Shown here in pieces: positions 49,676 through 57,411 of a DNA stretch of 64,000 nt (positions are counted from its first letter, which is position 1; each line of letters begins with the position of its first letter). The notes beneath the pieces were generated by a model. That model worked only from the letters and a program-made list of their open reading frames with translations, was not told where the DNA came from and searched no databases. The translations under genes were made by a program, and so were the position numbers. This stretch comes from a bacterium (GTDB taxonomy: Bacteria > Patescibacteriota > Minisyncoccia > Phycocordibacterales > UBA12088), in contig QKEV01000017.1 in the NCBI GenBank assembly GCA_003252295.1, forward strand, positions 100,488-164,487. The letters are read 5' to 3'.

Positions 49676-50330
49676 GGTTTTTTAGATAGGTTGTTAATGT
49701 TTCTATTGATGGAATGGTTGGATAATTTGTATTACTTGTTGGATGTATATGCAACACATTCATGTTGCAGGCATGGGCAGGAAGTATATCTGTTTCTAAA
49801 GAGTCTCCCACCATTAAAATTTCAGATGGTTGAAGTTTTGTTTGCTCTATTATCTTTTTATACACATCAGACGTGCCACCTTTGGGCATCTTTTTACCTC
49901 TTTCCCAACCGATAAAGATGGAAAACAGTTGTGTTGCTACTTGAGCAGAGGACAGGAGCTTTTTTGCCTGAGATGTTGGACCGTCTGTTATGACCCCAAG
50001 AGAGTACCCTTTGAATTTGAGTGTGTTGAGTAGATTATGAACATGTGACATTTTCTGAATGAATGGATCAGTTTCAAGTGAGCAGAGAGCGTCATGCCAC
50101 ACAGTGTTTCCTTTGCTAAGTGATTCTAGGGCAACTTCACCCCTCCCATTGTATTGCTGTCTATATTCATCTGCGATGTTCTTTGCTTCACCCATAGTGA
50201 CACCGCGTAATGTACTGATAGTTTGCTCTAACAGTTTTGGATACTGCTTGTAGTACAAAGCAGCTTCATTTCCGTATATGAGTGTTTGATCTACATCAAA
50301 CAAGATCAATTTAATTTTTTTCATAGACAT
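49665..50330 (-). CDS. HAD-superfamily hydrolase
   Basis: LFDVDQTL, ITDG, MVGDSLETDI. Confidence 0.9.
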   Translation of the reverse strand: MSMKKIKLILFDVDQTLIYGNEAALYYKQYPKLLEQTISTLRGVTMGEAKNIADEYRQQYNGRGEVALESLSKGNTVWHDALCSLETDPFIQKMSHVHNLLNTLKFKGYSLGVITDGPTSQAKKLLSSAQVATQLFSIFIGWERGKKMPKGGTSDVYKKIIEQTKLQPSEILMVGDSLETDILPAHACNMNVLHIHPTSNTNYPTIPSIETLTTYLKNHEK

Positions 50331-50341
50331 ATTTTTGTAAT

Positions 50342-50509
50342 AAAAAAACCCTGTGAGGGGTTCTAAGTTTGCTTTGCACTTGAGTGATAATTATTTACAC
50401 AACAAAGTAGCCCCCTCTTTTCTCAGAAGATGGTTGTTGTGCCAACTTGTTGTTACTACTGTTCTGTTGTCCATATTCAAAAAGTACCATCAAGTGGTAT
50501 GTTTGTCAA
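50342..50509 (-). promoter_or_regulatory. Promoter + leader peptide (50391..50474) + terminator: putative attenuator
   Basis: TTGACA-17-TACTTT; 27-aa uORF; terminator AACCCCTCACAGGGTTTTTTT; GAGGGG in the uORF is complementary to CCCCTC. Confidence 0.6.
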
Positions 50510-50524
50510 AATAGGAACTTTGAA

Positions 50525-50759
50525 TTCGAATCCTGTTCAGGTGTACGTCAAAAGCCCCTGTATGTGGGGCTTTCTCAGTGTCGTCACAAGTTGCTAAGTG
50601 TTTTGTTTGTTACAAATTACTAGGAATCTCACTGCTCGCTCCTTTCAGTCACTGCGCTCTGAGAACCCACGGTTCTCAGCGTTCGTTATCACTCACTGCT
50701 CTCCTACACGGGAGGACACCCAGTCCTCACGACCCCACCTCTGGTTCGAATCCTAGTGG
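50525..50759. repeat. tRNA-3'-end-bearing structured element, copy 1
   Basis: Homologous to 51541-51729; ends GGTTCGAATCCTAGTGG. Confidence 0.85.
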
Positions 50760-50966
50760 TAATCTATATATTTACTTGTCGTCACCCGTCACTAACTATA
50801 ATTGTTCACTTTGTTCCAATTCTAGTAAGTGCGCTTGACCACGGCTCGACTGTTTTGTGTCACAGTAAGTAGTGACACAAAACATGTCTCCGCCTCGGAC
50901 ACGAGCACGTAAGCAAAACTATTTGCTTACTAAAAAAGCCACACTAGTGTGTGACTTTTTTACTCA

Positions 50967-51073
50967 TGTCCCCCGAGCAGGGCGTTATTATAACCTTGTT
51001 GACTAACAGGGATTACTTACAACAACTGTCTGAGCAGATGCCGTTTGTGAGGTTTTTGGGGAGGGAAAAGTAA
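50967..51073 (+). repeat. Island repeat copy R4 (MSPEQGVIITLLTNRDYLQQLSEQMPFVRFLGREK)
   Basis: Aligns with R1-R3; ATG at 50966. Confidence 0.92.
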
Positions 51074-51097
51074 ACCTTTTCATGTTAAAATTTTCGT

Positions 51098-51538
51098 ATG
51101 GATATTTATGAAACAATTGGAATAATAATTGCCCCCATCATCATAATAGTTTCTGTTCTACTTATCACTATGTGGAGCAGATTTTTTGGTAACAATCCCA
51201 AATGGAGTATAAGAGCTAAAAGCATGAAGAAGCTTGCTCAAAAACTTGGGTGTCAGTTTACTTTTGACACAAATACATTGTCTGAAAGGTTGTGGAAGAC
51301 GCCGAGAAAAATAAATGTAATAACTGGTGAATACAATGGTAAACAAATTGAAATTTACGATTACAACACTGTTACAAATTATTCATTTGCATTGGGACAG
51401 GATCCAAAACGATTTACCATCATTAATGGTGCGTACTATAAGCAAATAAAAGCGGAAACTATTGAAGAAATACTGAATGGTACATTGGACAAAGAACGAT
51501 TAAACAAACTAAGGAAAGACAATTCAAACGTTGAATAA
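51098..51538 (+). CDS. Hypothetical membrane-anchored protein
   Basis: N-terminal TM helix; LAQKLG.F...G.YNGK pattern. Confidence 0.7.
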   Translation: MDIYETIGIIIAPIIIIVSVLLITMWSRFFGNNPKWSIRAKSMKKLAQKLGCQFTFDTNTLSERLWKTPRKINVITGEYNGKQIEIYDYNTVTNYSFALGQDPKRFTIINGAYYKQIKAETIEEILNGTLDKERLNKLRKDNSNVE

Positions 51539-51540
51539 CA

Positions 51541-51729
51541 TCGAAATCCTGTTCGAGTGTATTTCAAAAGCCCCTAAGTATGGGGTTTTGGTGTTTACTA
51601 GGAATCTCACTGCTCGCTCGTTACACTCACTGCGCTCACGAAACCCACGGTTTCGTGTACTTCCTACACAGGGAACCAGCAGGTTCCCTGACACCCTCCG
51701 CTGTTCGAATCCTAGTGGGCGGACAGCCA
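51541..51729. repeat. tRNA-3'-end-bearing structured element, copy 2
   Basis: Ends in a perfect 27-bp inverted copy (51703-51729) of 51758-51784. Confidence 0.9.
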
Positions 51730-51763
51730 AACAAAAAACAGCACTAAGTGCTGTTTCTGGCTG

Positions 51764-51836
51764 TCCGCCCACTAGGATTCGAACCTAGGACCCGCGGCTT
51801 AAAAGGCCGTTGCTCTACCAGCTGAGCTATGGGCGG
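51764..51836 (-). tRNA. tRNA-Lys(UUU)
   Basis: CCGCCCA/TGGGCGG acceptor, D-arm GCTC..GAGC, loop CT-TTT-AA, GGTTCGAATCC; CCA not encoded. Confidence 0.95.
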
Positions 51837-52004
51837 ATAATGGTCATTGTACCTCCATCAGCAAAGCTATGGGTAGATGTACAAAAACGTAAAACGTTTG
51901 CTCAAGAATACTACGACAAATGACTGTTTTTGTCTACCAATGTATTGCGTGTAGATATAAGTAACGGCCTGTTCGAACTGAACAGACCGTTAAAAAACAT
52001 GAAC

Positions 52005-52379
52005 CTAGTGCTTCATGTACATGATGTACACTGTCTTTCTGTAGAAATCAAACTCCATATCGACTATCCTGTGCCCCTTATGAAATCTTCCAAGATAGTC
52101 ACTCGAGTTCATAAATCCATACTCATTGCGTGTATGCTTATCCCAAGCTGCAAACCTCACGATTCCATTTAAGGTATCGAATAAGCAAGTGTCAATGTAT
52201 AGGTTGTTTTGCTGTAGGGCAGTAACAACCTTCTCTGTCATGCGTGTTTTTTCCGGGACCATGTTAAGTGTCGCAGCGTGAAGCTCAGCAGCAAAGATTT
52301 TTCCCGGTGCAGAGAAGAGTAGCAGTGTCACAATGATAGTAAAAACAGGCCTATAGATCCCTTTTAAAGAATTTTCCAT
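52005..52379 (-). CDS. Hypothetical secreted protein
   Basis: GGGGAGG SD, signal-peptide-like N-terminus. Confidence 0.6.
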   Translation of the reverse strand: MENSLKGIYRPVFTIIVTLLLFSAPGKIFAAELHAATLNMVPEKTRMTEKVVTALQQNNLYIDTCLFDTLNGIVRFAAWDKHTRNEYGFMNSSDYLGRFHKGHRIVDMEFDFYRKTVYIMYMKH

Positions 52380-52429
52380 GGTTTTCCTCCCCCAGAGTTT
52401 TTGTTGTATTACAGTGCTAAACTGGTGGC

Positions 52430-52493
52430 ATAATACAACTAAAATATTTTATGTCAACAAAATACTTGACAAATATTTTATATATGCTATACT
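52430..52493. promoter_or_regulatory. Divergent sigma70 promoters
   Basis: + strand TTGACA(52466)-16-TATACT with extended TG; - strand TTGACA(52457)-16-TATTAT. Confidence 0.6.
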
Positions 52494-52617
52494 GCCCATC
52501 AGTTTTGCTCAGAGTTAGTAATTCTGTATTTGTTATTTGTAAGAAACAAAACGTAAATTTGTATCAGAAGGGGGAGATAACTCCCACGGTCATCCAAACG
52601 ACTATAGGAGGAATAGG

Positions 52618-53613
52618 ATGAAAAAGGTTATCGTAACTGCACTCGGAATCTTTGCACTTGCAACAACTGCCGTGTCTTCATTTGCCGCTGCACCCAAAAT
52701 TAATTGGGGTGGCGCAAGTGCAACTGGGCAGTACATTGAGTTTGCTAAAGAGGGTTGCAGTGCATTGGGAAAAATCTTTGACTGCGTTCCAGTGGTAACG
52801 GAAGGTTCCGGCGACAACAAAGATCAGCTCATTGCTGGTACTTTGGATATTGCATTGGGTATGGGTGGTCTTGCTCAGAAATGGGCTGCTAATGACCCTG
52901 AATTCCAGGCGAACGTCGAAGTGGTACGCTATATCGCTGGCGAACCTCTCTTTGCTTATGGCAAACCAGAGGTTGTCGCAGCGCTTGTCAACTGGGAAGG
53001 CGTAAAGCAGAATGGTTTCTTGGTCAGCTTCGGCGCGCCGAGTGAGCAATCCGGCGATTACCTGACCCTGAAAGAACTCCAGAAAGGAGAAGGGAACGGT
53101 CTTGCAGAAGCAACGGTAACACCTATGGGTAATCGAGATGCGCAGATCAAAGCGGTACTGAACGATGAAGTTCAACTTGGTTTTGCAGCGCAGTTTGCAA
53201 ATCCCAGTAACGACTTCTTCACCGCTATTGCCGATAATAATCTCGAGATCATGCCGGTCATTGATACCGACCTCGCCCTTACTTCAGACCTCTATGGTGT
53301 GCGTGAAGTTCAGGTGGAGAATGTTTCCCTGAAGCGCCGGTCTTTAGGTAAGAAGGTGGAAACGATGTACGTGCCTATTGCCATCATGGCTCGGAAGGCA
53401 TCTACGTACGACAATCCTCGTGACCAGAAGATCCAGCAGGCAGTTATCGACCGTATTAAAAATATGGACGAAGCAGACCTGTTGCCGAAAGTTGGTTGGC
53501 TGACAGATTTTATGAACAAGTCAGCGAAGTACAGTGCCGACAAACTCGAAACCATGGGTAAAGCCATGAAGGAAGCGGCAAAAGAGGCAAAAGCCGCCGC
53601 GCTCGGCAATTAA
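52618..53613 (+). CDS. TAXI-type TRAP solute receptor-like periplasmic binding protein
   Basis: Signal peptide; GGASATGQY, VTEGSGDN, EPLF, SG motifs of the TAXI/NMT1-like fold. Confidence 0.7.
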   Translation: MKKVIVTALGIFALATTAVSSFAAAPKINWGGASATGQYIEFAKEGCSALGKIFDCVPVVTEGSGDNKDQLIAGTLDIALGMGGLAQKWAANDPEFQANVEVVRYIAGEPLFAYGKPEVVAALVNWEGVKQNGFLVSFGAPSEQSGDYLTLKELQKGEGNGLAEATVTPMGNRDAQIKAVLNDEVQLGFAAQFANPSNDFFTAIADNNLEIMPVIDTDLALTSDLYGVREVQVENVSLKRRSLGKKVETMYVPIAIMARKASTYDNPRDQKIQQAVIDRIKNMDEADLLPKVGWLTDFMNKSAKYSADKLETMGKAMKEAAKEAKAAALGN

Positions 53614-53637
53614 CATGTTTACGTTTGTTTAGTACCT

Positions 53638-53705
53638 TACACCCCCATATAGCAATATATGGGGGTGTATTCGTACTTGACAAAAAAGTATATCTATGAT
53701 ATACT
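53638..53705 (+). promoter_or_regulatory. Terminator hairpin followed by a sigma70 promoter
   Basis: TACACCCCCATAT..ATATGGGGGTGTA; TTGACA(53677)-17-TATACT(53700). Confidence 0.65.
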
Positions 53706-53808
53706 TCCGTGCAGTATTTTGGGGTTGCCTGCTGATGTCAGCAGGTATTCCAAACAGTTGTTTGAAAGATAATCAATCAATGTTGTAAAACTTTCACAGG
53801 AGGGGAAT

Positions 53809-54366
53809 ATGGCACGAACAAACGTAGTGACTGTGGGTCAAGCTAAAGGTAATTTTTTTCTTGGATTGCTGTATACGATTTTCATCGTAAACTGGCGAAT
53901 CACAGCTGGATTGCTTTTTGCACCACTTTTGGCGAACCCGTCCGGGATTTCCTACTACCACTTCACGATCGCAAATGGCTTCTTGACCTGGGACAAGCTC
54001 CTGAGTCTGGATGTGCCGGCAATTCTTGTGCTGATTCTTGGAATCGGAATGGTGTTCTTCTCAGCACGACTTACCGTGAAGGCATGGAAAGTACTGAATG
54101 GTTTTTTTGATAAACTGTTCGCTTTCGTCTGGGTGGCTGCCACTATCGTACTCATCGTTGCACTCTTCAAAGAGCAATTGCTTACGATGACCAACTTGTG
54201 GAACTGGTCATACGTTGCCTTCATGGGGCTTGCAGTCTTTAATATTTATGCCGTCGCTACCAAGCGGGCGGACTTCAAAGACTTCAAGTACCGCGGTATG
54301 GAGAATGTTCATGATGATATGAACGAACCTCATGCTGACGATGACGATGATCACGGTCATCATTGA
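53809..54366 (+). CDS. Hypothetical membrane protein with His/Asp-rich tail
   Basis: 4-5 TM helices; ends HADDDDDHGHH; AGGAGGGG SD. Confidence 0.7.
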   Translation: MARTNVVTVGQAKGNFFLGLLYTIFIVNWRITAGLLFAPLLANPSGISYYHFTIANGFLTWDKLLSLDVPAILVLILGIGMVFFSARLTVKAWKVLNGFFDKLFAFVWVAATIVLIVALFKEQLLTMTNLWNWSYVAFMGLAVFNIYAVATKRADFKDFKYRGMENVHDDMNEPHADDDDDHGHH

Positions 54367-54430
54367 TGTAGTCTAATGAGTAGGGCTGCTGCAACTGCAG
54401 TAGCCCTATGCTTCTTTATAGGAGATTGCG

Positions 54431-54661
54431 ATGAGTATCAAAAGAAAATGGTATCTGTTTAAAAAATGGCAGGTTGGCCGTCTTTTGGTTCACCTCGAGT
54501 ATCCTTTTGAAAAGGGTGTGCTGGTTGGGTTGCTGAGTGGTTCTTACAGACTGCTCTTGCGTCCGGTTAGAACAGTGCGTCATGCTTTCAGGGTGTACTA
54601 TGTGTTTTTCAAAATCCTTATGAGGAGGTTGGTATGGGATCGAAAAAATCTTTGTCTGTAA
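54431..54661 (+). CDS. Small basic hypothetical protein
   Basis: AGGAG SD; 76 aa. Confidence 0.45.
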   Translation: MSIKRKWYLFKKWQVGRLLVHLEYPFEKGVLVGLLSGSYRLLLRPVRTVRHAFRVYYVFFKILMRRLVWDRKNLCL

Positions 54662-54807
54662 AGACAATTCTTGTTCGTACTTTTGTCTACCCGCTCTGTG
54701 GCTTGCTTGTAATGCTTGCCATTCTTGTGCTGGTAGCAGTACAGACCGGTTGGCAAACATCAGTAGATGGTGCGCATACCTCTGAACATATGTTCATTAA
54801 ACGTTAA
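54634..54807 (+). CDS. 57-aa single-TM protein (not in the ORF track)
   Basis: GAGGAGG SD; MGSKKSLSVKTILVRTFVYPLCGLLVMLAILVLVAV...; TAATG overlap with the next gene. Confidence 0.6.
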   Translation: MGSKKSLSVKTILVRTFVYPLCGLLVMLAILVLVAVQTGWQTSVDGAHTSEHMFIKR

Positions 54808-56072
54808 TGTCGGAGGTGGTGATGGAAGAACTACTTGCTTTTTCAAGGCTTGAAGTGTACTCCATTGCGATAGTCATCCTTTTGTTGGGACCAGGTGTTT
54901 TTACGGCAACGCTCAACGCAATCACCTCAATGAAGTGGTTGTGCAAACTAGGTCTTTTGTGCTCAGAGTACCTCATTGTTTTCAATGTAGTGTATCTCAT
55001 GTTCGAAGACCTTAGTGTACTCGAGGGTGAGCCGGTAGTGTACGCGTATACTGTAGCATCAAGTTGCCTGGCTTCGCTTGCTTGGGATCGTCTAAGTATT
55101 AAGCAGAAGCGCTGGTGGAAAGGTGCATCAATACTGCTCGCTGTTGTAATTGGCACTATTATTGCTGTGCAGCTCTACTACGACATCAACTTTTTCATGG
55201 CAGCTGGACTGCTCTGGAGAAGGGTGTTTGTGAGGTTGTTTGCAAGAATGAGGATGCGCGCCTTGTCTATGTTGAAAGGTGTTCTGGAACTACTGAGGTT
55301 TTTCTGGAAGATTGCCCTTGAATTCTTTGCAACAATGTCGTGGGTGACGTTTCGTCGAATACTCGGACGTTCGAGTTTGCAGGTTGGTATCCGATGGACC
55401 AAGAAGATACTCATACTATCGGTGATCTACGTGTTTGTTGCACGTAAAGCCCGTAAGCTGTTCATGAATCAAAAAATTCAGCAGCTCAAAGAGGTGATAG
55501 GTCGCAACAAGGAACGCGCGCAAAATTTGTACAAGAACTTAAAGTTCAGGTACAAGTTAGCGTTCTGTATCGGAGCCACAATAGCTACGCTGTTTGTTGG
55601 CGACGCGTATGAGTTTTTCTACCCATTCTTGCCGAAGGCGTTCATGGTAAAGTTGATCGGTCTTGTGAAGGTTATTGGTGCAGGTATCACGTTTCTTCTT
55701 AAGAAACTTGGTATTCATGGGCTGATCGACCAGACAACAAAAAAAGTATCGCAAAAAATCCTTGGACGTATGTCTGAGGACGCAAGGCAAAAGTGGGAGA
55801 GGTACAAGAAGTGGAGACTTGGTCGTATGGTCATACATATTGATCGTTGGATTATGATTCTCGACAGACCTGCCAGAAAGAAAGCTCGAGACATGCGTAT
55901 TGCTGCCGCCGAGAAGATATTCTGTGCGAAAAAAACAGTACAGGACGTCACTGAAGCAGTCGGGAGTACGGTACGTAAGGTTATTCCAATAGTTATACCG
56001 ACACCGAAGGTTGCACTCGATGGTCTCATGAAAACACAACGGATGATTATCAAAAAGATAAAAAATAGGTAA
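54807..56072 (+). CDS. Basic polytopic membrane protein of unknown function
   Basis: Multiple TM helices; K/R-rich loops. Confidence 0.7.
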   Translation: MSEVVMEELLAFSRLEVYSIAIVILLLGPGVFTATLNAITSMKWLCKLGLLCSEYLIVFNVVYLMFEDLSVLEGEPVVYAYTVASSCLASLAWDRLSIKQKRWWKGASILLAVVIGTIIAVQLYYDINFFMAAGLLWRRVFVRLFARMRMRALSMLKGVLELLRFFWKIALEFFATMSWVTFRRILGRSSLQVGIRWTKKILILSVIYVFVARKARKLFMNQKIQQLKEVIGRNKERAQNLYKNLKFRYKLAFCIGATIATLFVGDAYEFFYPFLPKAFMVKLIGLVKVIGAGITFLLKKLGIHGLIDQTTKKVSQKILGRMSEDARQKWERYKKWRLGRMVIHIDRWIMILDRPARKKARDMRIAAAEKIFCAKKTVQDVTEAVGSTVRKVIPIVIPTPKVALDGLMKTQRMIIKKIKNR

Positions 56073-56134
56073 GCGCTCCTGCCCAATAAGCAGGGCGCTT
56101 TTACTTTGACAAAAGGTTAAATTTATGCTAAAAT
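56071..56134 (+). promoter_or_regulatory. Terminator followed by a sigma70 promoter
   Basis: AAGCGC..GCGCTTTT hairpin; TTGACA(56106)-17-TAAAAT with extended TG. Confidence 0.6.
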
Positions 56135-56199
56135 ATTAACAGCAGAATTTAGGTTTTTTTCAGATGAATAACTAAAAACAAATAAGGAGGTGATGCGTT

Positions 56200-57411
56200 T
56201 TGTTTCGACAAAACTTGCAACAGCTACTAAGGAGGTATGTGAAGGAGTTGAGGGACAAGATGTTCCTTATTATCAAAGCGTTTTTCTACAAGACGCCAGG
56301 GCGACTCATATTTATGTGTGTTATGCGAGACTTCCTCGATGAGCTTAAAGAGCGCCCATCATGGAAAATCGAACTATACATAACCATGGGACACTTTTTT
56401 GTGAGCTGGTTTTTTATGTGGGTGTTTGAACCCGCAACAAACCCAATCAAAAACGTGGATACGTTCTGGTGGTTCTACCTTGTGACAGCATCTACGCTTG
56501 GGTATGGAGATGTCTTCCCGGTAACACTGGGTGGTCGCATCGACACGATAGGTATCCTTGTCTTTGGTGCCGTTCTCTTGATCGCTTTCATGATCCAACT
56601 TGGAAGCATTGGTTTTAAGATCGTCAAAAAGATATGGAGTGGGGAAATGGGTTCAAATTTCACGAACCACCTCCTCTTGATCGGAGAGAGAGGTGAGAGG
56701 ACAAAAACGATCACAACAGGACTCTTGAACGACAAGAACATGGCACACCATGGAATCGTGTTGTGTTTCGATGGAACAAAAACTGAACGAAACCCGATAC
56801 CAACCATTGGACTCAATTTGATTCATGGTGTAAAAGCCAAGAATGGGTTCGATGAGGAGTCGTGGATAGCAAGGGCATGCATCGACAAAGCATGGAGAGT
56901 TGGTATTGATGTCAAAGATGACAACAGTGCACTCACCCTATGCTTACTGGTTAAAAAACTAAACCCGCAAGCGCATATCGTTGTTGCGCTTCAGTCCATG
57001 GATAAGTTTGCCTCAAAAATATCCGAACTTGTTGGGGAGGACATTGAATGTGTCCCTGACGGTCTCTCAGACTGGTTTGTGAGAGCATTGCTCAACAAAT
57101 GGTCAACGGATGTGCTGCAAAGCTTGAGTAAACCGATTGGACAACGGCTACACAACATACACATCCCCGACAACTTCGGCACGTGTATGTTCAATGTGGT
57201 TGAAGATTGCTTTGAAGAGCAGGGTGCACAAATACTCTCTGTATCGGATGGCAAAAGGCGTGGAATCATGCAGGTAAACCCTGGAGATGACTTTGTGGTG
57301 AGTGGTGGCATGGTAATCAGCTACCTTCACGAAGAGCGCTTAGATGACGTTGTGTACTGGGACGAGCTTGTCCAAGGAGATAAACACGTAAATATGGAGG
57401 GGGTAGAATGA
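56200..57411 (+). CDS. 2-TM potassium channel with RCK-like domain
   Basis: Pore helix FWWFYLVTASTLGYGD..P.TLGGR; degenerate RCK domain. Confidence 0.9.
   Translation: MFRQNLQQLLRRYVKELRDKMFLIIKAFFYKTPGRLIFMCVMRDFLDELKERPSWKIELYITMGHFFVSWFFMWVFEPATNPIKNVDTFWWFYLVTASTLGYGDVFPVTLGGRIDTIGILVFGAVLLIAFMIQLGSIGFKIVKKIWSGEMGSNFTNHLLLIGERGERTKTITTGLLNDKNMAHHGIVLCFDGTKTERNPIPTIGLNLIHGVKAKNGFDEESWIARACIDKAWRVGIDVKDDNSALTLCLLVKKLNPQAHIVVALQSMDKFASKISELVGEDIECVPDGLSDWFVRALLNKWSTDVLQSLSKPIGQRLHNIHIPDNFGTCMFNVVEDCFEEQGAQILSVSDGKRRGIMQVNPGDDFVVSGGMVISYLHEERLDDVVYWDELVQGDKHVNMEGVE

Noticed and set aside
50743-50759. Additional tRNA gene at GGTTCGAATCC
   Set aside because: No D-arm, anticodon arm or matching acceptor 5' strand; it is only a 3'-end copy
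50578-50838. 86-aa ORF
   Set aside because: Lies within the structured repeat; no coding signature
46461-51073. Island repeats as a CRISPR array or classical integron attC sites
   Set aside because: The repeats are ~80-200 bp, separated by whole genes, show codon-type divergence and lack the RYYYAAC..GTTRRRY palindromic attC structure; there is no cas or intI gene in the window
51524-51788. ORFs 51531..51788 and 51524..51772
   Set aside because: They overlap the hairpin element and the tRNA end (PPTRIRT is tRNA antisense); not credible proteins
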